In this document: piece after piece, positions 52,201-64,000 of the stretch
How the letters are laid out: each line of letters starts with the position of its first letter
How positions within the stretch are numbered: position 1 is the first letter of the stretch
Assembly (NCBI RefSeq): GCF_000150275.1
Contig: NW_002060943.1
Coordinates: 4,546,008-4,610,007, forward strand
Length of the DNA stretch: 64,000 bases
Source of the DNA: Trichoplax adhaerens
Taxonomy: Eukaryota > Animalia > Placozoa
Direction: 5' to 3'
Notes under the pieces: model-generated
Seen by the model: the letters and a program-made list of their open reading frames with translations, nothing else
Databases searched by the model: none
Told to the model about the DNA's origin: nothing
Translations under genes and position numbers: made by a program

Positions 52201-55200
52201 GTAGATGATTCATCATTGCTAGCTGCTACCGGAAGGTATATAAGCTCGGCAGATAGTTAAATAAAATCAGTTCTCTAGTTATTGAACTGTTATAGTGTTA
52301 AATACCGTATTACAGTGGAAATATCTATGTTAGGATAATTCTGTTAGACTATCCTTATTTAGTTAACTTCTAATTTGGATATACTATGTTTTAATATAGC
52401 ACTGACTTTTTATGACAGTGACACTTATACACATACTGAAATTAATAGTTATAATAGGGAATGCAAATCATCTACTTACAGTTCGAATCATTGTGATTGT
52501 AATTTACTTATGGTAGATTGTAAATTATCATGGAAATGTTCCGTGATAGGACATATCGTAATCTGACTATTCTGTATTAGTCATTACATGTCTATGTTGG
52601 TAAATACTGTTGTCTGCATTAAGGGAGCAGTAGCTAAACTTAATATCTAATTCAGTAAATGATTCCGAAGTTAATTGTATTAACTATGACTCATGAACTA
52701 TTGAGGAATAGTATATAAATGCAGTATATCGTGAATTAAAGTGGATTCTCAAACTTAGTGTTTAACGTAAAATACGAGGCGTTTAAGTCTTTGTGTAGTC
52801 TGCTAGTAGAGCAAAAGTACTTGTGATAATGCAGATATCGTTCCTTGATACGTGGCTCAAGGAGTTGACTTATTGATCGTATATTACGTTATCTTGTTGC
52901 AAAGCTGTTTTGTGACATGAACGCAGAAGCAAAGGCGCCTACTTTCTTATGAGTAGTTAAGGCATACTGAATCCCAGAGAATTTAGAAATTTTGAGATTT
53001 TTTTACATAATCCTTATTACGAAACAGCTTTGTGCCAACAGCGAACAGTAAAAATTCTACGAGAGACTAGCAATCTTAAATTAGAACCTAGATCAAAACT
53101 TATGGATTTATGTTGTACTCTATGATAAAGAAATATAGATTCTACTGTATTTTATAGTGAAAACTAGTAACAAATTTTATCATAATTGAAGTTTAAATTT
53201 AATTCTACTTAGAAACATTGGCTATTAAATTAGAATTTTAGAATGTACAGCACTTAACAAATATTTCACAATCAAACATTGCTATATCATAACCGGATGA
53301 GTAGTCAGATGCTATGATACTAAATTTACTGTAATCGAACTCATTTAGTTATTTTTAAAGCTATAATATTTACACGAAATGAAATCTGAAAGAAAAATTC
53401 TGAAAATTACCTTTAATTACACACGACAATTAAATCTACGTAATTGTGCTTGCGTTTAGATTTTACTTTCTAAATTCAGCTTAATCAATCTTTTATAATA
53501 GTTTCCGGGTTATAGGGGCCCTGTTGTCGTTTTAGCAATGGTATTGGCGAATGACAATGGGCCTCATCCCTATAAACTCATTACTATTGGCAGAGAAATT
53601 GACCAGTCCTATCATACGCTCAACAGGAATGGCGAAATAGTACCAATTTCTTCGGTTGATAAAAGCCCTATGCAAGTGGCTATTAAACAATTTGAAGTTA
53701 TTGAAAATTATGACTTCAGTTGCGGGTAATTTAAGCTATTTATATATTACTATCAATAGCTTTATTACGAATTAAGAATGATGTTTCAAACTTTCAATAC
53801 TACTACTTGAACAGATAGATTTTGCAGGTTTTGTACGGTATACTCGTATCAATAGTGGCAGATTTACAGCAGTTAGTTGATATCACGAAATAATTAATAA
53901 TTTCTAAAAACTTAAAATACAATAAGGCTTATTTTGTGTACAGAATCTTGTAATTTTACTTTCTCTACAAATGAGATGTATTAAGAATTATACTATATTT
54001 TTTGGAAATTCGATGCTGAGTTAATAAATTAAGCAATAAGTTCTTGAAATGCAATCAACTTAATGATTCATGTCTTTTCATACCTAGATTCCGTAGTATA
54101 GGCTTCATTCGAACCAGAAAGGATGAACTAGCAGAGAGTATAAGGGAGAAAACTATACTCCTATACCGTTATATTCTGCGCCAGGATCATTGGCAGTATC
54201 TGCCGGAACTTCAGTTTGGGCAGTCTAATTCTGAAATTAATGGTAAAATCGAAGCTGCAATTGAACTTGTCTTAAATTTTACTATATTGTTTCTGATATC
54301 TGATTGAACATTCTAGTAAAACTGGATTAATAAATAATTGCTAAGTCTGTTGCTTTGTATCCTGCACGTAGATGTACAATTGTTAGAAAATTTTATCAAA
54401 AAACGAACGGAGACTAATTCTCAAATCCATATATTTAAATTGGGTTTCTTTGCCTATCCTGGCCGTTTAGAGGATTTTAATAGTAATAGAGGTCCTCCAA
54501 AATTTATAGCAACAAAACCACTTATTCAAGAACGTATGTCAAGCTTATGATGAATAACTTAGATTCATATATTACCACGACCATAATATGCCCATTTTCA
54601 TATGAAGAAATTACTGACCTATGCATTTTCCACATGATTAACATGAAGATTTTAAATGCATCCACGTTAGGAAGTCCTCAACTTTTCATATGTGATATTT
54701 GTCCTGAATCTTGTCTAATGTCTCAAGGTTGCGAAATTATGATCACAGCTAACGATGCAAAAGGACTTGATATGGCCAATTATGATATCATTATTAACTA
54801 TCATCACGGTAATTAATATTAAAATTGATTTTTATAATTGCAATTGACATCTTGAAACCTCAAATCTGTAAACGCTAGATTTTGAGCTATTTATAATCAA
54901 CAAGAATCGTTTTATAAATTATATTATAAGCATTCGATTGCTACCTTCATGGTAATAAATAGAACTGCGAACAGATATCAGTACTGGTATATACCGAGAA
55001 TATCCGGTACCCTTAGGAAGAAGCGAAGCTAGAAGCTATGTTCAGTTCATTGCAGACGCGGTAATGTAACAGTATTGTCTGAGCCATTTTAGTTCTTTTA
55101 ATAATATTATTTTACTTTTTTCAAGTTTTTATCAGTTGATATTCCTTAAAGCTACCAGAATGGGCTTTGAAATAGTTATTGCTTCAATATATTAAGCTTG

Positions 55201-55454
55201 TGTTGCATTTACTTCAGCTAGTGCCATCCAATTCGACATTATGCTCATTTCTCTATAAAATTGTTAATCTTCAATTTTTCGATTTGATTAATCTTGCACA
55301 GCGCTGTCTAGTGTTTGAAATGCCTCCTTATATAAGTTATGATCAGAACCAAGTTCCTCAGTCATATCCAATTGAAGTAATGACGACAGTACATTTATCA
55401 CGAAAAGGTTCAAGAAATATCTCGGAAGGAAAAGAGTTTTACTACCGCAGTTGA
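49266..55454 (+). CDS. RHD-only Rel/NF-kB-family protein, paralog 1 (RHD-N + IPT, 8 exons)
   Basis: MNNLQNFEISIVKEPW (49266-49313), IIQRPRYSTEVANATHGPIKGTPIIQ (49532-49609), a 3.9-kb intron, then FPGYRGPVVVLAM..PHPYKL (from 53502), GFRSIGFIRTRKDELAESI (cf. p50 GFANLGILHVTKKKV), FKLGFFAY, SPQLFICDICPESC..GCEIMI and RCLVFEMPPY..VHLSRK..SEGKEFYYRS* (55454). Confidence 0.85.
51090..52032. repeat. Diverged direct duplication within the large intron of RHD paralog 1
   Basis: ATTATTGAAAAGTAGTATTCT, AATGGTAATACTATCTGTTAA and CGTAAACCGTCAGCAAAGCGACG.GAGTTTG.ACTAGT occur at ~51215-51390 and ~51845-52032. Confidence 0.85.
52280..52913 (+). repeat. Dispersed non-coding repeat, copy 1 (possible non-autonomous element)
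   Basis: Colinear with 62670-63161 (AGTGGAAATATCTATGTTAGGATAA, TGGAAATGTTCCGTGATAG, TTATTGATCGTA, TTGTTGCAAAGCTG). This copy has ~150 extra bp. Confidence 0.85.
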
Positions 55455-58400
55455 TTGCGAGATCATACGTGCAAGAATGCAAGGTCGGTTATTTGTACCA
55501 TCAGTAGGTTATATGTTATTATTGATTAAATTAATTTAAACTAATTGATTAATGCTAAAAGATAATAAATTGCATTATTTTTGCAGTACTTAGTATCGTA
55601 AATGATATTACAACTTAAAAGCGAAAGTATTGTAAATTATCAGAAGTAATGAATCTAATTTCCATGAATAACGTAGGCACGCATATAGAAGAAAAATCTT
55701 TTCCAAATCGACTCCACAAATGCTTACAATTATTATTTCAGGCTCACGCTACAGTATTGCATTATTAGATCATCGGTTTATTACTTCTCAAATGGTGCCG
55801 GAATCGAAAATTTTTTATTATGAACTATTGTCTACGGCTATCATTTATATACTATATACCATTAACCATTTCTTACATTATCTGTGACTGATTTTTATCC
55901 ATTTAACTATAGTATAACACCGCAGCTTTATCAAAGTCATTATTTAAATTGATTATGAATCCATGCGTTAACAATACAGAGCCTGTATGTACATTAGGTA
56001 AACCCCATAAGTTAAGTATGAATTCGATTGACTGACCTCTTATAAATAATGGAACAAATTGGAACCATGACTTGAATGCTACCGTCGATTTTATATTTAA
56101 ACCATATTGTTTGGAACAAAAACATTATCGTAGTAATGGTAGTATGAAACGATATGAAATCTTGTAGACATAAAGCAACGTCTTTATTTGACTATTTCAA
56201 ATATTTAGATAGCCTTCTATCACTGTTACACATAAAAACTAAATGAAATGTATACTATTAGCACGATTTGAAATAAAATACAAGATTCCCATAAATTGCT
56301 ATGCCGCTGTGAACGAACATTGTGCAAAGCGCAGTGATATTCTCATTTGGAACAGTTTCAATTATATAATTATTTAAAAAACCTATATAGGTCAACACCA
56401 GCTGCCTTAATTCATAAGAAATATCTGCTAATGTTAGCGTATAAGTTGGCTCTATTTTTATTTGTTTATCAAATTATATTAAGAATACAATGAACTTTAT
56501 GTATACAGATTGAAGGATAGTGATCTTGCCAGCGGACTGGATAGTATAGTAAAATTCTGTTGACTATAGCCATGAAATATAGTTAGTCATCTATAAAATT
56601 GCTTTGAAATAATCGTTTTTATGTCAACCTTAAAGCAATAGGATAGGATAACTAGCAACTACTGCTGCTACTAACCTGAAATTGAGCGCTTCTTAATGAA
56701 TAGCGAAATTGTTGATAGAACTATTTTGACGTATGTAATTTAGAATTTTGGGTACTAGCTACTTATTCTTTGCACAATGGTAAGATAAAGATGTAAAGAC
56801 GTTAAATTGAAATGATAATACTTTTACTTATTGTGCGTTTTGATAAGATTAGGTTGGCTTTAACGTAATTTTGAGCAATCGGGTTTGCATTTTGTCGACA
56901 ATACAATTCATTGTAGCACATTGCACTAAGTACAGTATTTTATAATTGCAACGTACTTATTTCGCAATTCTTGTAGCATAACGTCATGCTTAGAAGGAGT
57001 CGATACCATAAACCATAGAATAGTACACCACGATAGTACTATTATTTATTTGTATTTATAATACGCGTATTACTTTGTTGATCAATCAATCTATTAATCA
57101 AGAATTCCAATAATCTTATATACCTCACTATCAGTCATTCTTGTTAACTCCGTATGCAAATTAAGCTAATAAACCTTTAGTTACCTTCTCACTGAGTACT
57201 ATTCATTTATGCCACCTGCTCAAGAAGAGAAAATAACGATATTACATGTACGATTTGAATTGAGCACCAACCGCACCGGCATCTTATTACGCCACGTACC
57301 TTAAAATTTCTCAATAGTAATTCAATATTGTACGCTATCAGCAAACAACTATAACTTATCTCTAATTTAAAGTACACTACAAACGTATATTTATTAATAG
57401 AATTCAATAATGTAGAGAACAATAACTACAACTGACGGCCAATTATCGTTATTTACCAATAAAATAAATTTTAGACCCTACCATAGTTATATCAATATTT
57501 AAACTGGGATATTTATTAATAATTATGGGGAAATGATGTATGCTTAAATAAAATAATATTCAGAGCTTAAAAAATCAAGCACTCATTCATTACTCATTTA
57601 ATAATATTAAATCCTTTCTGCTGTCACAATTTGTTGGTTAGAAAAATAACTAGCTTAATAATATGTAATGATTTCAGCTAATTGTAGGAGTACAGTATAC
57701 GAACGATGTAAAGGTTATGTTGCTAAATTTACTGAGTGTGCACTACAAGTTTAGTGGTAGGTTATCAAAGGAGGAGCGAATGCTCAGCTCCTTAGTTCGT
57801 GATTGGATAGCCTTTCGGCTACTCCATTGATAAAGCTATACTAAACTCTTAGAACAGTCTTATCCTTATATGACCATAAGCAGTATAGGACTACCACAAT
57901 GTAGACCTCCAGGTGTAGTGGAGATAGGAATAAGTAATCTATTAGTTTAGGGTAGTAGTTTGCAAGTTACGTTTGAGACAGTTATATACTACATAACGTA
58001 GAAAAGCACAATTCGTAGTCAAATTATAATTTTTATTAATTTACAGTTAGTAATGTTGGGAATCTATGGTACAAATTATTTGATCATATATGTTTAGTTG
58101 CTAGTTTCATTTAGGATACTTTAGAATAGGAATTTGATAGTCTGATACCAGCGATTATTTTAGATGGTATGTAAAAGTTGGCGTAGTTCAAGTTTCAGTT
58201 CCAGCTAGCAATTATTAAGAAGCTCAAGTTAGTAGCAGTAATTTTTTTGGATCTTTTGGTTGGTTGAGGTAGCAATTCTGACCTTACTATTATTCATTTA
58301 ATTGAAATACTAAGGTATTTGATAAAATTTAAATAAGCTGTTATTTCCCCCTGATTTAGTTATAATTATTTCGAGTAATTGTTTATTTACTAGGTTTTTG

Positions 58401-58668
58401 TTTTATCTTAGTAATTGAAATTTATTTAATGTATACGTATAAAATTTATCGTATGCATGGAATAGTATAGTAGTTATCAGAGCCACTTTGGGGGGGGGGC
58501 AACTAAATGCACCTTTATTGAGAGTATAAAGGTTTTCGACGTGAAGGGTGAGGCTCATTTTCGTTGGCATGAGGCGCAGAGATAGAAGTACTAATCTAGT
58601 ATAACATGATCTCTACAGTACCCTAAACTCTATGTTTAGAAATCTTGTCAGAAACATTTCTTCATAAA

Positions 58669-61600
58669 ATGAATTCTAAGCAACCTATTTCGGTGATTAT
58701 TATCAAGGAACCCGGGGTAAGTTTTCCATAGCATACTAAATCATATTAAAACTAAGGAACATTTCGAATCGGTGTTGTCAGCTGGTCTCCACTACATAGG
58801 TAGCAAATTAGCCACAAGCCGCAGTTCTCTGAATACTTCGTCAATAAATATTCCTCAACCTATTATAGAATGAAACCATTTTGTTTTACATTAGTTCTTA
58901 ATGTGAATGAATAACTCATAAACTGATAATAGAGCGTGCGTCTATCTTATTTTGAGTTATTCCGCGAAGATTTTTCATTTCAGTTTTAAAGCTGTACTTT
59001 TAATCTTAACGCCGTTTTGAGTATTATAAACGAATGGTAGCTCATATATCAACGGTTAAGTTCTAAGGTATTGAAGGTAGAAATATTATATTTGTACAAA
59101 AAAATTTTATCGTGATCAATTGTTATAGCTTATAGTTCCAATTAGTCTTGAATGGAACGATACTGCAATTAGGCTGACTATCTTATATAATTTATACTAA
59201 ATTTTATTATCCGTCGCATTGCTGGCGGACTGCAGCTTACAACATTACGTATAATTTGTTTTAATATTTTTACTACTAGACTATTCAAAGGCCACGCTAT
59301 TGGTTAGAAATTAAACGCACCACACACGGTCCAATGAGAGATCCGCCAATACTCCGGGTACGCTGCATCATTTTGCCAAACGTTCTAAATCGAATTATGT
59401 ATAGCAGTAACATACTATGTCCATATTTCATAAAAGATTGCCCATCGAGCTATCGCAGTATCAATCGAATTTCTATACCGTTACTCTGTATTAGAAGCTT
59501 AACTTAGTCCAGTATAATTGGTGAATTAAAGTCATACAATTTCTGCTTTTTAAGTTTTCGTAAATTGTTATTGTAGTTGTTCTCATTAGCAATTTGTCAA
59601 ACTGCGGTGAGAACTTTCTCTATTTTACTTGTATCATTTTTGGAAATAATATCGTTCAATACCTTAATTATGACTTAATAGAGAAGTAGTCTCAGTTATA
59701 CAAAATGTAAGTATTTGTTATTGCTTGATTAGATTATAAGTATATCAAGCCTTTATTATGTACGCTGCCACTAATAATCACATCGAATAAGATTTTATAG
59801 GTAATACGCTACTATCCCTCCGTGTATTTGCCAGTGATACTATTTCATTAGAATATTTACTACGCCTCATTGATTGTGCCAATTATTGCAAAAAGACAAA
59901 ATTTCAAAAATATTCCTACACATTTTGAAGAATGAATCCAATTCTACTATTAGATCACAGATGGTACAGTTAGAATTGATGGTTTAACTTTTGCCTTATT
60001 AGCTCTTCTAATAGTTTTCAAATTATAGGGGTCCTGCTGTCGTTATTGCTATGCCTATAGCGAGTACAGAGGAGAGATTTCCTTCGCCCCATCCTAATAA
60101 ACTTATTGTTGTTGGTGGCCTAGAAAATGACCAAAGCGTTTTCACCTTAAATGAGGACGGCCGGATGATGCCAATAACTTCTAATTCCAAGGCTCCTGTA
60201 CATGCTCTTATTAGACAATTTGAAGTGGATGGAAATCATAATATCGATTACGAGTAATTAAAATTAGCCTATATATATATGCATGTGATATATACCAATC
60301 ACGAATTTCCAATTTTTAGAAAAATAAGGGCTTTATTGAATCTTATACAAAGATTAACTACACAGCTCTACTCTAGCCGAATACTACTTCTAAAGACTTC
60401 TACAACGAACTAACAGAATAATCTAAAGTTGCATGCTTTTATACTTTTCGTAGCATTCGCAGCTACAATCCGCATGGCAACCTTTTACCTTATTTTACAC
60501 ATAGTTAAATTATTCTTAGTAAGACTATTCTACTGCGGACCATCATTAATCTAATATATGACTTACAGCTCTATTTTTACCTACAGCCATATTAGTAACT
60601 CAACAGCTTACTGTATATAGTCATCTGTGCTCTAGCATAGAGTCTCTACCACTACAGTCTATAGTTACAGCTACCAAATATCTCTTAGGATAAATATCTA
60701 CCGTACATTATACTACACATGGCTAACAGTCTACAATCACAATACTAAGTTACATTACAATGCAGCATCAACAGAAATGAATAAGGGTACTAAGTATTAA
60801 GAATACTCTTTTGCGAATAGATCAATTACGAGTTTTAGGTGATCATATCAATGATTAGAGATTGCACTATCGAGGCGATACTTATAGCCTATTATTATTT
60901 TCATAAATTTTCGAAAAAATTGAATTTTGTTCAGATTGACCTACTGACATTTCCTTCTACACTTTCTCTCAAACTAATACATATTTATATTCACGTTTTC
61001 TTATAAAATTGACTTTATTACGAAGCCCTAACAATAAAAAAAGCTAATTATGCATCTTTCCAATGCTAGATTCGGTAACATAGCTTTCGTTCGAATCCAT
61101 TCAAGGAAACCTAAAAATCATGATGAGAAGTGGCTGCCAGATAGTATCGCAGAAAAGACCAATTTACTATCTAAGTTCATTTTAGGTATCGGGTTAAGAC
61201 CATATCTGGAATCAAAATTTATGGTGGTCAATCCTGAAATTAGTGGTAATTACAAAACCGTGTTCAATTTTATATCCTCAATTTTAACAAATAAATTACA
61301 TTACTATACTCGAAAGTCTACCTAAATAATTAAACTAATTTAGTAGAGTAAATAACTGATAAACATATCGTTTATTCAATCTCCTGCTTATAGATGATGA
61401 ATTATTAAAAAATTTTGTTGTGAGGCAAACCGGTAACGAGAACGATATGCAATACCAAAAATTTAGATTGTGTTTCTTTGTCTATCCTGGCCGTATAGAG
61501 GAATTTTATTCCATCAGACATCTTTTGAGTTATATAAAAACAAAACCTTTAATACGAAATGGTATGAAAAGCTTATTTTAAAACTTAGATTATGATAGCA

Positions 61601-62449
61601 GCAATATTTCTATGTAATGTGACTATTTATTAAAATATATCTTATTAATATGATCAACATCGACATACAAAATGACTTACTGATAGACAGTCCCCGATTT
61701 GTCATAAACGATATTTGTCCCAATACCGGTCTTATATCTAAAAGCTGCGAAGTTATGATCACAATAAAAGAGTTGATAGGACTTGATATTGGGCCGTACG
61801 ATATTATGATTAAGTATATTTCAGGTAATTAATATTCGTATTGATTTTATGCTAATTTTATTAACATCTTAATATTTCAAGATACAAAGAGCTAATAATG
61901 CTTATTGATCTATAAATGGAAATCATTTCATAAATTATGTTTTTGCCGATTGATTACTGATTTCAAGATGATATTAATAAATAGAAGAGCGACAACTTGA
62001 TAATATACCTCAAGAATTTAAAATCGATATAGAACATATTATTACATGGCAAGATTCGTCAATTCAGTCGATACCTGACGCGGTAACGTAATGTTTAGTA
62101 CTGCCTGCACTACTGTTTTGTTATCTCAGAATTTTTTTGCTTTTGATTAAATAAATAATCCTTGTCTCTGCGAATATGACATTTATAATCCTTTTTGCTT
62201 TAATATTTCAAATCTATTTTCGTGAACTTTCATTGATATTATCGAGTTTGATATCATCTCAACTTTGCTTAATCCACTATTCCTGAATAGGGCTGTTTAA
62301 TATTTCGAATGCCAATTTATGAATGCTCTTCTGATTCGTGGGGGAATTCTTTACCAGAACTAAAAAAAGTAAGGGCTAAGGTACATTTAGCACAAAGAGG
62401 TAGCAAAATTACATCGAATGAAGTAGATTTTTACTACACAAGCGAATAA
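58669..62449 (+). CDS. RHD-only Rel/NF-kB-family protein, paralog 2 (RHD-N + IPT, 8 exons)
   Basis: MNSKQPISVIIIKEPG (58669-58716), TIQRPRYWLEIKRTTHGPMRDPPILR (59280-59357), FSNYRGPAVVIAM..PHPNKL, FGNIAFVRI, KFRLCFFVY, SPRFVINDICPNTG..SCEVMI and GCLIFRMPIY..VHLAQR..SNEVDFYYTSE* (62291-62449). Exon phases match paralog 1. Confidence 0.85.
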
Positions 62450-62669
62450 CAAGATCATAGAAGACTGGACCATAAGTTATATTATCCGAATTGTCAGCTG
62501 GTCGCGGATTATACCAATTTGTGCAAGATTAAGAGCAATTTGAACAAATTACATTCAATAATTTAATTTGATTTAGACTCTTCAATTAAAGCGATAGCTT
62601 GTAGTAAGGAATAATCTGGCTGTGTAGAATATTATCCGTTCATCTGAACGGAAACTTGACTAGTTTATA

Positions 62670-63161
62670 TTAATTATCATTCTGTTATTTTGTTATACAC
62701 TGTATTATCGAGATTAGAGTGGAAATATCTATGTTAGGATAACTTTGTTTATAACTTACTTATGGTAGATTGTAGATTATCGTGGAAATGTTCCGTGATA
62801 GTATATATTGTAATCTGATTATTTGCATTAGTCGTTAGATATCTATGTTCATAAATACTGTTGCTTTCATTAGGTAGCAGTAGTTAAAATTTGTCTTTGA
62901 TTTATTGGAAGGCTTCAAAGTTAATATTACGAACTAGAATGCCTGAAATATTGTAGAAGAGTATTAAATGCAGTATACCGTATAATAAAATTAATTCTTA
63001 AGGTTAGTGTTTGATATAAAATGCAAGGTGTTTAGGTCTTTATGTTGTCTGCTGTAGAGGGAAAGTGTTCACGATTGAATAGATATTGCTCGCTAATACG
63101 TGGTTCAGGGAATCGACTTATTGATCGTACGCTAAGTTATTTTGTTGCAAAGCTGCTTTGT
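62670..63161 (+). repeat. Dispersed non-coding repeat, copy 2
   Basis: Same orientation as, and colinear with, 52280-52913. Confidence 0.85.
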
Positions 63162-64000
63162 AATTGATTCGTAATTTGGTTACTATGAAATTTGGAGCAT
63201 AAAACTTTCTTAAAAGATACAGTTTGTGGACTGCATGGCATTTTCGGTGATAGATCTATTTACTAGCGAAAATACTGTAAATTATGTGGAATATACATTG
63301 AATTTTGACTTAATCGTAATAAATAATGTGTAAGTAATAAAGTAGACTGCTGTAATTAAAACTAATTCTAGCAATAACGTGATCTAAGAATGTAATCATA
63401 ATATTAAACAAAGCAATATTGAACGTGAAGTAATCGTTTGTGTTTAATAAAGTAACCGTAGATAATAATCCATTACGACGATAGAAAATATTCTTCGGGT
63501 CTATTTCCTAAAATTCATTAGAAGCATATTCTATTTTTGTAGAATTGTCACGAAACTGACTTATTAAGGCAATTATTTCCAAAAAGATCATTAAACTTAT
63601 AATGAAATGAAAAGTGTAGAGATCAAGCTACAAAACTTTAACAAACTTTGATTCTACTTTCGTTGCACTCCGGTCGACTTAACGCTAATACTTTGACACC
63701 AAATAAAATTTGGGGAAATAACCGAACAACAATTTATTACAAAACAAGAATGGAGAGAAGTATAAACCGAACAACCTTACAAATACTTAGCTTTAAGTAT
63801 TATTAAAATAAATGATTGACTTAAAAACTGTCATCGACCAAACAACCTTTCAAAAAGAAGAACGTTCTAACTTACGACAATTCGACCCCGAAGGCCTTTT
63901 AAATTCAACAAGTTCTTCAAATAAAATCTTCTTCTACTCTCTCCCTAAATTTTCTAATTGCACTATCATTTGTAGTAAAGTATTGTAATCTTTACAAAAA

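Noticed and set aside
58489-58499. Poly-G tracts (also 3361-3371 and 3531-3540) as G-quadruplexes
   Set aside because: Isolated short G runs with no four-tract pattern or other support.
49266-62449. Calling the RHD-only genes NFAT
   Set aside because: There is no N-terminal regulatory region or PxIxIT. The HG motif, exon structure and private insert tie them to the adjacent ankyrin-bearing NF-kB-like gene. No symbol was assigned pending phylogeny.

Overview
AT-rich, intron-dense eukaryotic (animal) DNA with many short (~80-150 nt) introns. Composition and gene structure resemble a placozoan such as Trichoplax; this is inferred, not verified. Hand-splicing of exons, most of which the ORF track misses, gives seven genes: cytosolic cysteinyl-tRNA synthetase (+, 5022-11345), Epac2/RAPGEF4-like cAMP-GEF (-, 12767-30084), COX18 (+, 31481-33090), group XII secreted phospholipase A2 (+, 35183-36358), and a tandem cluster of three divergent Rel-homology-domain (RHD) genes. 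The first RHD gene (+, 38169-~44315) is a p100/p105-like RHD-IPT-ankyrin protein. It has lost the DNA-recognition loop and carries triplicated exons with p100-type phosphodegrons (GSAYHS, DSAYVS, DSAYGS) placed N-terminal to the ankyrins. The other two (+, 49266-55454 and 58669-62449) are RHD-only proteins that keep an RxRYxxE...HG recognition loop and stop immediately after the IPT domain. The three share exon structure and a private RHD insert, which suggests a lineage-specific NF-kB/IkB-like module with divided labour. This is the main candidate novel system. The window also holds several tandem and dispersed repeats, promoter-proximal TACAG/CTGTA arrays, two GC-AG introns and duplicated exons in CARS.
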